Assembly: GCA_965228735.1 (NCBI GenBank) | Contig: OZ245838.1 | Span: forward strand, 1,824,001-1,888,000 | Origin: Planctomycetota bacterium | GTDB taxonomy: Bacteria; Planctomycetota; UBA1135; UBA2386 | Reading direction: 5' to 3' | Length of the DNA stretch: 64,000 bases | Shown: positions 53,155 to 63,128 of the stretch, piece after piece | Numbering within the stretch: the stretch's first letter is position 1 | Layout of the letters: every line of letters begins with the position of its first letter | Notes under the pieces: generated by a model | Told to the model about the DNA's origin: nothing | The model's database searches: none | Seen by the model: the letters and a program-made list of their open reading frames with translations, nothing else | Translations under genes and position numbers: made by a program

Positions 53155-55448
53155 CGACGGCTCCGAAGGGCGGAACGGAACGCTTCCAGAGTGGCGGGCT
53201 GACCGAGGCGGATCCACTCGTTGTAGATCTCATCTGCTCGCGCGGCGCGGGCTTGCTGCACGGGCCTGCTCAGCGAGTCGACCCCGAAGGACCTACGCAG
53301 CGGTTCCCGCGGCATCCTCGACGTTCGACGTGGAGTGACCCGATCGATGATCGCCTCACGCACATGCTGTGGGATCTCGTCGAGAACCTGACGGGTAACC
53401 ACAGGATTCTCGAGCGCGGTGTCCTTGCTGATCAATTGCCCGTCGATCGTCACGAGCTCGCCGGGCTGACCGGCGACAGAACGCGGCTTGCCCTCGTCGA
53501 CCCACGCCTGCGCGAGCATCGCCCCCGTCGGATACTCTTTCGGGCCAAGCCTCGCGACCGGTGGCTCACCGGGAACCAGCTCGCGCCGCTGCCGCAGCAA
53601 GTCGACGAGATACGCCTGCGCGCGCTCGCTGATATCGGCCAGCTTCACCGGTTCGGGTTCCCCAGCCACCCGAATAGTCGCGGTGCGGCGCTGCTCAGTC
53701 GTCATGCCGATCAGCGGCATCTCCACAACGTCATCGAAGAACGTCCCTGGCACGCGCGCGTCGGCCTTGTCGCGTAGCGCCGGCTGGATCACCTTCTCCT
53801 CAAACTCCGCCGGATCCGATCCAGAGTTCAGGCCGGCCGCGCGCGCGCGCTGCTCCAGATCGTGCAGGAGCTCTCCATACCGGACCTGCTGCTCCGGCGT
53901 CTGCTTCTGGCCTCGTTTGAAGATCCCGAGCTGGTAGGCCAGCATCTCGCTGCGCTTCAGCTCGCTCATCAGCGAGAACGCCTCGTGATCGTCGCCGTTC
54001 GCCTCGGCGTGGAGCTCCATCACGCGATCGTGGTGCTTGCTATCGAACATGCCCCAGGTCATGGCGAAGAACGCGTCCTTCGGCGTCCGGCGCATCATCT
54101 CCCGAGCCTCGGGCGTCAACATCTCGGCGTACTTTCTCCAGTCGTTGACCCGCCGGTTGTTGCTGTTGTTGAAGGTGACCAGCGCGCCAAGCTGCCCGCC
54201 GTTACGCAGCACCTGGTAGAGGTCCGGGCGCAGCTGAGCGATGTCGTGAGCCGTAGCCTCCGGGTTGCTGATCAGCAGAGCCTCGGCTTCGGCCAGCGCC
54301 TTCGACTCGATACGTCCGATCTCGTCGAGCCGCAGCTTGTGCCGCTTCTCGATGCGCTGAAACATCGCGTCGGCCTGCTTCGCCGACAGCTGGCCGGCCC
54401 GCACCTGGTTGTCGAGCTCGTCGCGCGCCTGCGTCAGAAACCCCAGCCGATACCCCGCGACCGCGATCGCGCCCTGGCCCTGTGGCACCTGCGGCGGACC
54501 CTGCGGTGATTCGTCCGGCGGCAACTCTGGCCCGAGCTCGGGAGGAAGTTCGGGACCGATCTGCTCGATCGGCGCCGCGCCGCGGCGCGCCTCCAACAGC
54601 CGATCCTCGAAGTCGAGCGCGGCCGCAGCCGTGTCCGATTCCACGCGCACCGCCTTGATGACCTCGCGCGCCGCATGCTTCGCCGCCGGGCTCATCTGGT
54701 CGCCGGTGCCCTCGAGGTACGCGGTCGCGTCCGCATACCGCTGCGCATTGATCAACTGCTCCACAGCCGCCGCATGCACCCGCGTCGTCGCCCCCTGCAC
54801 CATCGCCCGCCGCTGCTCCGAATCCGCCGGCAGCTGGGCCAGATCCGCCAACTCTTCCGCAGTGCGCTTCGCGATTCCGAGCTCGAGCAGGAACGGATCC
54901 GGCTCTCCGTCTGGGTCTGGCTGTCGATCTGGATCGAACCGCGCCACCGCACGCTCGATCCTGGTCTCGAGGGCGGCCCTGGTCTCGTCGACGTTGAACC
55001 GCCGCAGCTGCCGCGCCGCGTGCTCGTCGACGGAGCGCATCTCCTCCTGGACCATCGCGTCCGTCTGCGCGCGAAACAGCTCGCGCTGTGCCTCGGTCTG
55101 CAGCTCGCCTTCGATTTCCTCTTGCCGCGCCTCGATTGCCGCCTGAATCGCGTCGTGCCCTTCAAACGCACCCTTGCCCAGAGTGCGAAAGTAGCCGCTC
55201 TCGGGGTCACGAAGCGTGCTCTGCAGCCACTTCGCGTAGTTGTTGGTGGCCTCTTTCGACTGCGCGTCGTCGACCTCGTCCTGGATGCCTTGCCCTTCGG
55301 CAGCCAGCACGCCACTCAGAGCCTGCAGCCCACGCCCCGTGTTGCCGATCTGTCGCGCACTGAAGTTCTGCGGTGGCGCAACACCCGGCGCGCCGAAGAA
55401 CGACGTACGAGCCGGCGAGGCGGCGATATCAGGAACCACGCGCACCAT
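53151..55448 (-). CDS. Internal virion (ejection) protein
   Basis: Helical 765-aa ORF between the small and giant ejection genes. Confidence 0.7.
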   Translation of the reverse strand: MVRVVPDIAASPARTSFFGAPGVAPPQNFSARQIGNTGRGLQALSGVLAAEGQGIQDEVDDAQSKEATNNYAKWLQSTLRDPESGYFRTLGKGAFEGHDAIQAAIEARQEEIEGELQTEAQRELFRAQTDAMVQEEMRSVDEHAARQLRRFNVDETRAALETRIERAVARFDPDRQPDPDGEPDPFLLELGIAKRTAEELADLAQLPADSEQRRAMVQGATTRVHAAAVEQLINAQRYADATAYLEGTGDQMSPAAKHAAREVIKAVRVESDTAAAALDFEDRLLEARRGAAPIEQIGPELPPELGPELPPDESPQGPPQVPQGQGAIAVAGYRLGFLTQARDELDNQVRAGQLSAKQADAMFQRIEKRHKLRLDEIGRIESKALAEAEALLISNPEATAHDIAQLRPDLYQVLRNGGQLGALVTFNNSNNRRVNDWRKYAEMLTPEAREMMRRTPKDAFFAMTWGMFDSKHHDRVMELHAEANGDDHEAFSLMSELKRSEMLAYQLGIFKRGQKQTPEQQVRYGELLHDLEQRARAAGLNSGSDPAEFEEKVIQPALRDKADARVPGTFFDDVVEMPLIGMTTEQRRTATIRVAGEPEPVKLADISERAQAYLVDLLRQRRELVPGEPPVARLGPKEYPTGAMLAQAWVDEGKPRSVAGQPGELVTIDGQLISKDTALENPVVTRQVLDEIPQHVREAIIDRVTPRRTSRMPREPLRRSFGVDSLSRPVQQARAARADEIYNEWIRLGQPATLEAFRSALRSRR

Positions 55449-55452
55449 GCCC

Positions 55453-56031
55453 TTACTCCTGGAATGCCTTGTATGCCTCGACGAGACTGTCCGACCTGTC
55501 GAGCAGCGTGTTGAACGCCCCCAAGGCGGGGATGATGCTGCGCCGCGTCGATCGGCGACTCCGGGCCGATAGATCCGCGAATTCAGCGCGGCTCCGAAGA
55601 TCGACTCCCTGTAAGCGCGCCTGGTTCGAAGCCCGCAGCGAATTCGCGCGCAGCGTGGCCTTGTCGATCTCCAGGCGCAGCCGTTCCGCCGCGCGCGCCT
55701 CGATCGCGCTGCGGCTGCTGCCGCGGATGCCCTGCGCCGCGGTGCGCACGCGGCCCGCGCCGCGCTCCTGCCCAGCCGCGAGCGTCAAGCGCCCCACCTC
55801 GGAGTTGCCCGCCCGCAAGATGCTCGACGCGTCACGGTCGGCACTGTCGGCATTCAGCCGCAGCATGCTCGCGCGGAACCCGAAGGTGAGCGCCTCGGAC
55901 TCGGCGAGATTCCGCTGCCCCTCGAGCTGGTAGTAGTTCGAAAGCGTCTCGTTGAAAATGCCGAGCACCGACAGTGCGGTCGCAGCGTCCTTCAGAGCCT
56001 TGGCATCGGGATCTAGAACGTCTTCGGTCAT
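55453..56031 (-). CDS. Small internal virion protein (T7 gp14-like position)
   Basis: Ala/Arg-rich helical protein directly after the nozzle gene; AAQGI.GSS segment. Confidence 0.65.
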   Translation of the reverse strand: MTEDVLDPDAKALKDAATALSVLGIFNETLSNYYQLEGQRNLAESEALTFGFRASMLRLNADSADRDASSILRAGNSEVGRLTLAAGQERGAGRVRTAAQGIRGSSRSAIEARAAERLRLEIDKATLRANSLRASNQARLQGVDLRSRAEFADLSARSRRSTRRSIIPALGAFNTLLDRSDSLVEAYKAFQE

Positions 56032-56032
56032 A

Positions 56033-59000
56033 TCACCTCTCGATCGCCACCCGCAGCGTCAGCCCCGCCACCGTGAACGGCAGCGGCCCGGACTGCCGCA
56101 GCAGCACCTCGCCGTCGTCCGTCCACCGGCCGCCGGGCGTCACCTCGAACGTGCCCGTCTGCAGCGCCGTCGGGTCCAACCCCGGCACCGCCCGCAGCGA
56201 ACTCGCATCCGGCCCGATCTGCAGCCCCGCGGTCTGCACGACGTCGATCCACGCCTCGCTGATCCGCTTGCCGCGGCCCTTCCCCAAGCCGTCCACCGCA
56301 AACGCCAGCGGCCGCGGGATCAGGTCCGAGTCGTAGTCGAGCCCGACGTGCACCTTGGCCGCCGGCGCCGGCAGGCCCAGCGTGCCGCCGCTCACCGTCA
56401 CAGGCGGCAGCACGACGCCGTCCGCCAGCATCGCGACCTCTGCGCCCTCGAGCGAATCGAGCCCCGTCAGCGTGTCCCGGGCCAGCGCCCACTCCGTCGT
56501 CACCACGTTCTGCAACGCCGCCGGCAGCTTCGCATTGGCCTTCGCCCGCACCGCAGTCGTCGACACGAACGCGGTGATCGTCAGCCGATACTCGACACCA
56601 CCGGACTCCAGCACGACCTGGTCGCCGACGTCCGATGCTCCCACGAACAGCGGGTCCGAGCTCGTCACGAGCAGCTCGTCGTTCGGGCCCCAGCTCGTGC
56701 CATCGGACAGCGTCAGCGTCGTCGAGCTCGTGTTCGCGCCGTCGTAGCTCAGCGCTGCGTCCAGGAACTGGCAGTCCGCGACCTTCTCCGGCCGCAGCTG
56801 CGGCCCCATGCGCTCGATCGTCTTCACGGCCACGCCATTGCGCACCCGGTCGACGACCGCGTACAGCCGATCCTCGCCATCCTCCGCGACCGCTGCGCAG
56901 CTCTCGAAGCGCCCGCCGGGCGTGTCGTGCACGTGCCAGCCCGCCACCCGCTCCTGCGGTAGGAACGTGAACCCGAGCAGCTCACCCGCGCTCGACACCC
57001 ACCACGAGATCTTGAACGGCGCCCGCATCTGCGCCGAATCGACGATCTGCTTGCCGTCGAACAGGTGCTGCGCTCGATGCGACATGTCGAGCGGCTCGAA
57101 GCGCTGCGCCGCGGCCTGGAACGCCAACGCGAACACGTGGCCGCCGCGCGCTCCCGGGAACAGCACGACGTTGCTGACCACCAGCGGCTGCACCTTGCTG
57201 GCGCCCTCCTCGCTCTGCGGTCGCACGAGCAGCGTCTCGGCCGTGAGTCCGCCGTCGCTGAAGATGCGCACCTCGGCCGAGTTGGTGAGCATGATCAGGT
57301 TGTCGAGCGGGATCAGGTGGCGGATCTCGCTCGCGCGGCGGAGCCCCGGGTCGATCGAGATCCGGTCATCCGGCTGCGGCGGCAGCCCGTAGCTCAAATC
57401 CGAGCGCGTTCCCGCTCGCGTCATCATGACCCGCTGCGGCCGCTCGCGCGTGCCGCCGATCACGCCGCGGTCCTCGTAGAAGGCGAACGCCCGCGGATGG
57501 TCCCCAGACCGCGCGAACTGCAGTCCGATGGAGCCGCCCTGGATGTTGACGATCGCGCCGGTCGGCGTGGCCGAGACCTGGAAGTCGTCGAGCGTGACGT
57601 TGCGGGCGTAGTAGGTCACCCCCGCGGTCACGCCAGGATCGAGCGTGTCGCTGCTGTGGAACGTCAGCTCCGCGAGCTCGTCGAGCCCGTGACCAGGCCA
57701 CTCGATGCGGTCGTTGCTGTCGTCCCAGCCGATCTGGCTCTCGGCGCTGTCGACCGCCTCGTCGCGCAGCGGCGGCGTGATCGACTGGTCGACCGGTAGA
57801 TCGTCGTCGATGACCAGACCCGGCTGCCCAGCCGCGACCTCGGCGATCATGCCGAAGATGCCGTTCAGGTTCTTGTAGACCCGATAGCGCTTGGCCTGCG
57901 GCACGCCCGTGAACGTCACCGTGTTGTAGGCGCCCGGAATCGTCAGGTCGTTGTCGGCCTCGAACTCGATCGACGGCTCCGACTCGACGCCGTTCTCGTC
58001 GATCGACGTGATGACGTACTTGCTGACGGTGTCGACCGCGAACTCGTTCGACCGGAACACCTTGCCGACGATCGTGACGTTCGGGGTCGGGGCCGGCGAG
58101 AGATCGGCCCACTGCACGATCGTCGCCGAGCCCTCGAGCGCGATCTCGAACTCGTTGTTGTTGCCCGGCGTGTCGTTGAACACCACCCAGCGCCGCGACA
58201 GCGGCTGCCCGTCGGGCACGTAGGTGTAGCCGGGCGCGTCGATGTAGACGTAGGTGCCGTTCGTGAATCCGCTCTCCTTGGCCGGGACGAGGCCGCCGCC
58301 GCCAGTCGGCAGCGCGATGCGCAGATCGCCTGCCGGACCCGGGTTCTCGTGCCCGACGGTGAAGTCGTAGCCCTGCCCCGTGGTCGGCGCCACGCTCACC
58401 GGCGACGGCGGCTGCAACGTCGGACCGTACTCGATCGGCACCAGCGACCACTGCGCCGGCCCCAACCGCCGCAGCTCGACCGCGGCGTGCTCGGGATGGG
58501 TGATCGTCAGCACGTCGCCGGACTGCGTGTCCGGCGACATGACCAGGTCCATGACCTCGGCCGCAGCGAACGGCGTGCTGATCTCGTAGACATCGCCGTC
58601 GTCGAACAGCTGCCAGAACGCGGGCGCCGACGCCGGCGTGACCTCGAGCGGGCGATCCGCCGTGCACTGCGCCCACTGGCCGCCGAAGGCCACGACGTCG
58701 CCGGGCGCATACGCGCGGTAGACCCGGTTGGTCGAGCCACCGGCGAAGCTCACGAGGTCGACGTCAGCGCCGCCAGGCGTCATTCGGAACGCGATCGTCG
58801 TCGGGTCCACGACGCGCGCGTAGTAGAGACCGCCTTCCGTCAGGCCCTCGATGATCGTGCCGACAGTCGCGCGTGCCTCGACCCGATCGTCCTCCTCGAG
58901 GCCATGCGCCACCCCGAACGTCACCGTGTTGTTCGCCAGGTTGACCGACAGGATGTTCTGCGGCGCGACGTAGTCGGGTGCGCTCGCCGGCGCATCGAAC

Positions 59001-59290
59001 AGGATCGGTGCGCCCAACGTGAGGAACCTCACGTAGTAGTCGCCGAACACGAGCACGACCGTCTGGTCGCGGCTGAACGTGAAGCCCTCCACCCGGGTCG
59101 GACCGTACACCTTGGCGTCCGCCACGTGCCCAAACCCCGGCCGGCTGCTCGCCGACCCGCGCGGGCTGCTGATCACGTTCCGCATCCGCCGCGCCCCGGT
59201 CTGCACCGCGACGTCCTCGAGGCGCGCGAGCATCTCGGGCGCCATCTCGCCGCCGGCGAACGATTGTTGCAGGGTCCGCTGGCTCGGCAT
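56033..59290 (-). CDS. Tail tubular protein B / nozzle with inserted domains
   Basis: QSFAGGE.AP....R......GARRMRN....PRG....RPG N-terminus; QSGDVL.I.HP, F.EDR...GG, AGWH.H, P.P.TV motifs. Start at ATG 59290. Confidence 0.85.
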   Translation of the reverse strand: MPSQRTLQQSFAGGEMAPEMLARLEDVAVQTGARRMRNVISSPRGSASSRPGFGHVADAKVYGPTRVEGFTFSRDQTVVLVFGDYYVRFLTLGAPILFDAPASAPDYVAPQNILSVNLANNTVTFGVAHGLEEDDRVEARATVGTIIEGLTEGGLYYARVVDPTTIAFRMTPGGADVDLVSFAGGSTNRVYRAYAPGDVVAFGGQWAQCTADRPLEVTPASAPAFWQLFDDGDVYEISTPFAAAEVMDLVMSPDTQSGDVLTITHPEHAAVELRRLGPAQWSLVPIEYGPTLQPPSPVSVAPTTGQGYDFTVGHENPGPAGDLRIALPTGGGGLVPAKESGFTNGTYVYIDAPGYTYVPDGQPLSRRWVVFNDTPGNNNEFEIALEGSATIVQWADLSPAPTPNVTIVGKVFRSNEFAVDTVSKYVITSIDENGVESEPSIEFEADNDLTIPGAYNTVTFTGVPQAKRYRVYKNLNGIFGMIAEVAAGQPGLVIDDDLPVDQSITPPLRDEAVDSAESQIGWDDSNDRIEWPGHGLDELAELTFHSSDTLDPGVTAGVTYYARNVTLDDFQVSATPTGAIVNIQGGSIGLQFARSGDHPRAFAFYEDRGVIGGTRERPQRVMMTRAGTRSDLSYGLPPQPDDRISIDPGLRRASEIRHLIPLDNLIMLTNSAEVRIFSDGGLTAETLLVRPQSEEGASKVQPLVVSNVVLFPGARGGHVFALAFQAAAQRFEPLDMSHRAQHLFDGKQIVDSAQMRAPFKISWWVSSAGELLGFTFLPQERVAGWHVHDTPGGRFESCAAVAEDGEDRLYAVVDRVRNGVAVKTIERMGPQLRPEKVADCQFLDAALSYDGANTSSTTLTLSDGTSWGPNDELLVTSSDPLFVGASDVGDQVVLESGGVEYRLTITAFVSTTAVRAKANAKLPAALQNVVTTEWALARDTLTGLDSLEGAEVAMLADGVVLPPVTVSGGTLGLPAPAAKVHVGLDYDSDLIPRPLAFAVDGLGKGRGKRISEAWIDVVQTAGLQIGPDASSLRAVPGLDPTALQTGTFEVTPGGRWTDDGEVLLRQSGPLPFTVAGLTLRVAIER

Positions 59291-62200
59291 CAGTGCCTCT
59301 TGCGCAGGTGCGTGGCCTTGTGCTCGGGATGCACGCGGCGATGCCTGCCGTCGAGCTCCTGAGCCGGTGGCAGGTAGCGCGAGACCATCCTGGCCGCGTT
59401 CTCGCCGCGCCGAATGCCCTCGTCGCCGCCGACCACGGGACCAGCCAGCAGCGACGCCAGGTGCCACGACCAGGCCAACCGGAACAGGTCCGACATCAGC
59501 GAGACGTCGCTCATGTACAGCGTGAAGAACAGGTGCGCGTCCTTCACGTCGCTGTAGATGACCTCGTAGCCGTCGTCGTCGACCTCGACCGCGAACGGGT
59601 AGTCGTCGGGGTTCACGTCGCGCAGATCGCCGGTGACACCAGGCGGCACGACCGCGCGCGGCCGCGCGACGTTCGGTGGCATGGCGTAGGCGTACTGGTA
59701 GTACTTCACCGGGTTCTGCACCTCGACGAGCTCGGTGCGGTCCTGCGCGAACGACCAGTTGCGCATCTCGAGCAGCGTGTCCCGCGACATCTCGAAGAAC
59801 TCGGCGCAGGCCTGGGCCTCCGGTGTCTCGTCCTTCAGGCTCTCGATGCGCACCGTGTGCCCCAGGTGCTTCAGCGCCTGGTTGCACAGCTCGACGGCGC
59901 CGGTCTCGTCCTGCTGCATCAACGCGGCGTTGATCGACACCGCCAGCTTGCCGGCGACCTTCTCGCCGTTGCGGGCCTCACCGACGCCGTTGAAGTGCAG
60001 CGGGTCCTCCCCGAACAGCGTGGTGCCGTCGAGCTTCGGGTGGTCCTCGGTCTCGATCGTCGAGCCGAACGGGTCGCGATACGTCAGCTGCTCGATGGCC
60101 TGGTTCACGAGGCCTTCGGTGTCCGCCACGACTGTCTGGCCGTAGAACTCGCCCTCGGCTTCCCACGGAAAGCTCGGCAGCTTGGCGTGGCAGAACGGCA
60201 GCTCGAGCAGGTCGTCGTAGGCCGAGATCCCGAGGTCGAAGATCGTCTTGCGCAGCCACCGATAGAACGCCGGCAACGAGCGGTGGTAGAGCTCGCGCCC
60301 GGCCTCGACGAGCGTCTCGGCCTCGCCCTGGAAGCCGTACGCGCCCACGATCGCGAGGCGCTTGTCGTTACCCTCGGCCGTCAGCGCGTGCGGTGCCATC
60401 TCGAGCATCGCCTGCAGGCGCGCGGCGTTGCCGGTCGGGTTGCCCGGCGTCCAGTCCAGGTTCTGGTCGTCGTCCCACCAGCCGAGCTGGCCCTGGAACC
60501 CGAACGCGTTGTTCGAGCTGCGCAGGAACTGGCCGCTGCTGTTGACGCCCAGGTGGATCACGTTGACCCGTCGACCGAGCATCGTCGACAGCTGCCAGGC
60601 CATGTTGATCATCGACCCGAAGCGGTGCGCGGGGATCCAGGTGACCTTCGACGCGGTCACCGTCGCGGGCTGCTCGAGGAAGAACGCCTCTCCGCCCGTC
60701 GGACTCGAGGTGAACACGATCTCGGCTCCACCGGGCGTCGCCGCGACCGTGATTCGGTCGGACGCCGGCACAGTGCGGACGTAGTACGTGGTGCCCGGCG
60801 TCAGCTCGGCCGGGCAGCCGGTGATGCTGAACGCGACCTCGTCGTCGACGCTTAGGTCGTGGTCGACCGCTTCGCCGTCGTCGTTCTGGAAAGCGACCGA
60901 GTTGTCGATGGCGTGCTGGAACACGGTCTTGCGATGCACGAACGGCCACACATCCACGGACGTGATCGGATCGCCGTTGGTCTCTTCGAGCTCGATCCAG
61001 CTCTGGCCCGGATCGGACGGGTTCATGGCCGTCACGCGGTACGTGCGCGTGACCTCGATGCCGTTCACCGTGCCGCCCCAGCCGCCGAGAGCGACCAGAT
61101 GACCCACCCGCGCGAAGTCCTCGAACTGGATCGCACCAGTGCCAGGATTGCTCACGCCGGCATTCTGCGTGGTGATCCGCAGCTTGTTGCCGCTGAGGGA
61201 TGCAGACAGCCACAGACCATCCGTCGCCCTCGTCTCGGCCACCTCCGACAGGTTGATCGCCTGATTCACGCTCGCGAAGATCGCCTCCCGCCCGACGTAG
61301 CTGCGCGTCAGCACCCCGCTCGGCCGGTTGTAGGTGGTCCCCGCCGACAGCGCCGACGTGCCGCCCGGCTGCATGTCGTTGGCCGGATACCGGAAGCCCT
61401 TGCCCGGGTTGCTGTGGTTCGGGTTGTCGCGGTAGTGCGGGACGTGGATCTCCCACTCCAGATCGCCAGTCGGCGCCGCCGGGATCCACTCCAGCCCGGT
61501 CAGCTGGCCGGCCGAGTTCTCGCCGATCGTCGCGCGCGCGTTGCCGCATCGCACCTCGGCGCCGTCGAACATGCCGACCTTCCACGCCGCACCCGCGACC
61601 GTCATCGACGTCGCATCCACCGACACGCCGGTTGCGTCGCCGACCGCGCCGATGCCCTCGACTCCCTCCTCCCATGCGAACTCGCGGAAGACCCCGCACT
61701 TGGCGTAGCTGTCGACCTCGGCAGGGTGGTCGTAGCCCGGGATGTCCGGCGCGCCCTCGGGGTAGTCGCCGGGCGTCTCCGGCTGGTAGGGCATGAGCAC
61801 GCGCACGTTGGCGTAGCTCTTCCAGCGGTCGTTGAAGTGGACGTAGCCGGCGAGGTTCTCGATCGCGACGTCGGCGAGCGCGAAGAAGTGCGCCCCCGCG
61901 GCGTCGCCGGCGAAGGCGATCGGCGTGCCGCCCTCGGTCTCGGCGACCTGGTAGTCGTTCACGTTGGCGTTGACGACGTAGTAGGTCTTCCGCCGCGACA
62001 GCGTGCTCGGCAGCAGATCGTCGGTCCAAAACCGCACCGCGTCGCCGTTGCTGCGACCGTGCGCGGCCGCATCGACCTGCAGATCCCCTCCGGCATCCGA
62101 GAACGTCACCGCGGCCTGACTGTCCGGCTCCAGCGGTGCGAGCCACTCCACGGTCAGCTGCAGCGCGAATACGCTGCCAGTGAACACCGTCGCGTTCGCG

Positions 62201-62556
62201 ACCACCCTGGCGAAACCGGCGCGCTGCGTGCCGGTCGGCTCGTCCCCGAACTCGAGGTGCACCAGCCGCAGGGTGGCGCCGACCAGGTCGTTGGTGCCGA
62301 AGAACTCGGCAACGGTGATGATCGACTGTTCGCCGACCGCGCCGTGCGGCTGCCCCGGCGTCACCGGGTCGATCGACAGCACCGTGATGTCGTAGCCGGC
62401 CGGGCGCAGCTGCAGGTGCGGCGCCTCGTCGAAGCCCTCGCGATCGCGGTGACCCCAGGGCCGAGCGTTGGACTGGCCCCACCCAACGATCGCGATCTCG
62501 CGGTCCTTGGGCAGGTTGGCGGCGAACTTGAGCATGTCGAACCGTTCGCCGGCCAC
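59290..62556 (-). CDS. Fusion: split SGNH/sialate O-acetylesterase plus head-tail adaptor (tail tubular protein A)
   Basis: GQSN, FQGEAE and DPLHF esterase blocks; C-terminal ~200 aa VELCNQALKHLG...LLE...WSFA...YAYAMP...F..A....LA..LA adaptor signature. Confidence 0.8.
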   Translation of the reverse strand: MAGERFDMLKFAANLPKDREIAIVGWGQSNARPWGHRDREGFDEAPHLQLRPAGYDITVLSIDPVTPGQPHGAVGEQSIITVAEFFGTNDLVGATLRLVHLEFGDEPTGTQRAGFARVVANATVFTGSVFALQLTVEWLAPLEPDSQAAVTFSDAGGDLQVDAAAHGRSNGDAVRFWTDDLLPSTLSRRKTYYVVNANVNDYQVAETEGGTPIAFAGDAAGAHFFALADVAIENLAGYVHFNDRWKSYANVRVLMPYQPETPGDYPEGAPDIPGYDHPAEVDSYAKCGVFREFAWEEGVEGIGAVGDATGVSVDATSMTVAGAAWKVGMFDGAEVRCGNARATIGENSAGQLTGLEWIPAAPTGDLEWEIHVPHYRDNPNHSNPGKGFRYPANDMQPGGTSALSAGTTYNRPSGVLTRSYVGREAIFASVNQAINLSEVAETRATDGLWLSASLSGNKLRITTQNAGVSNPGTGAIQFEDFARVGHLVALGGWGGTVNGIEVTRTYRVTAMNPSDPGQSWIELEETNGDPITSVDVWPFVHRKTVFQHAIDNSVAFQNDDGEAVDHDLSVDDEVAFSITGCPAELTPGTTYYVRTVPASDRITVAATPGGAEIVFTSSPTGGEAFFLEQPATVTASKVTWIPAHRFGSMINMAWQLSTMLGRRVNVIHLGVNSSGQFLRSSNNAFGFQGQLGWWDDDQNLDWTPGNPTGNAARLQAMLEMAPHALTAEGNDKRLAIVGAYGFQGEAETLVEAGRELYHRSLPAFYRWLRKTIFDLGISAYDDLLELPFCHAKLPSFPWEAEGEFYGQTVVADTEGLVNQAIEQLTYRDPFGSTIETEDHPKLDGTTLFGEDPLHFNGVGEARNGEKVAGKLAVSINAALMQQDETGAVELCNQALKHLGHTVRIESLKDETPEAQACAEFFEMSRDTLLEMRNWSFAQDRTELVEVQNPVKYYQYAYAMPPNVARPRAVVPPGVTGDLRDVNPDDYPFAVEVDDDGYEVIYSDVKDAHLFFTLYMSDVSLMSDLFRLAWSWHLASLLAGPVVGGDEGIRRGENAARMVSRYLPPAQELDGRHRRVHPEHKATHLRKRH

Positions 62557-62606
62557 CGATCAAGCCGCAGCGCGAGGGCCGGCTGCGCTCGCGCTGCGGG
62601 GGTTGA

Positions 62607-63128
62607 TCAGAACCCGGTGTTGGCCTCGACCGCGCGCCAGTTCGGCGGCGTGTAGACCAACTGGGCGTCCATCATGCCGGCGGTCCACGGGTTGCCCGGC
62701 GCGGCCGCGTTGTAGCAGACGGGTGCGAGGTAGCGCGTCCGACCGTCCGCACCCTGAGCACCAGCCGCCAGGTAGTAGTGCGGACGCGGCAGCGGCACAT
62801 AGTACGGCTTCAGGTCGGGATCGCCGACCGTCAGCGCAAGCCCGGCAACGAGCCACGGCGTCGCCGCCGCGCCGCCCGTCAGGATCGGCAGGTACGTGTT
62901 CACGTCGTTGGTCGGATCGTCAGGATCCGACGTGAACGCGAACCCCATCTGCAGCCGCGCACTCGCGCCCACAAACGTCTCGGACACCGTGAACTTGAGG
63001 GCGATCTCGAGGCCACGGTTGGCCGCAAGGTCGCGCTCGACCCGGAGGTCGAGGGGTTCGCCGAAGTTCCAGAGGTTGGCGTTGCCGCAGTCGATCGTTC
63101 CGAAGTCGTGGAGTGAGTCGAGAATCAT
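62607..63128 (-). CDS. Capsid cement/decoration protein (Bbp16-like)
   Basis: MILD start, V.E.F, RYL...Y, TAG...A.LV pattern; just downstream of the capsid gene. Confidence 0.65.
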   Translation of the reverse strand: MILDSLHDFGTIDCGNANLWNFGEPLDLRVERDLAANRGLEIALKFTVSETFVGASARLQMGFAFTSDPDDPTNDVNTYLPILTGGAAATPWLVAGLALTVGDPDLKPYYVPLPRPHYYLAAGAQGADGRTRYLAPVCYNAAAPGNPWTAGMMDAQLVYTPPNWRAVEANTGF

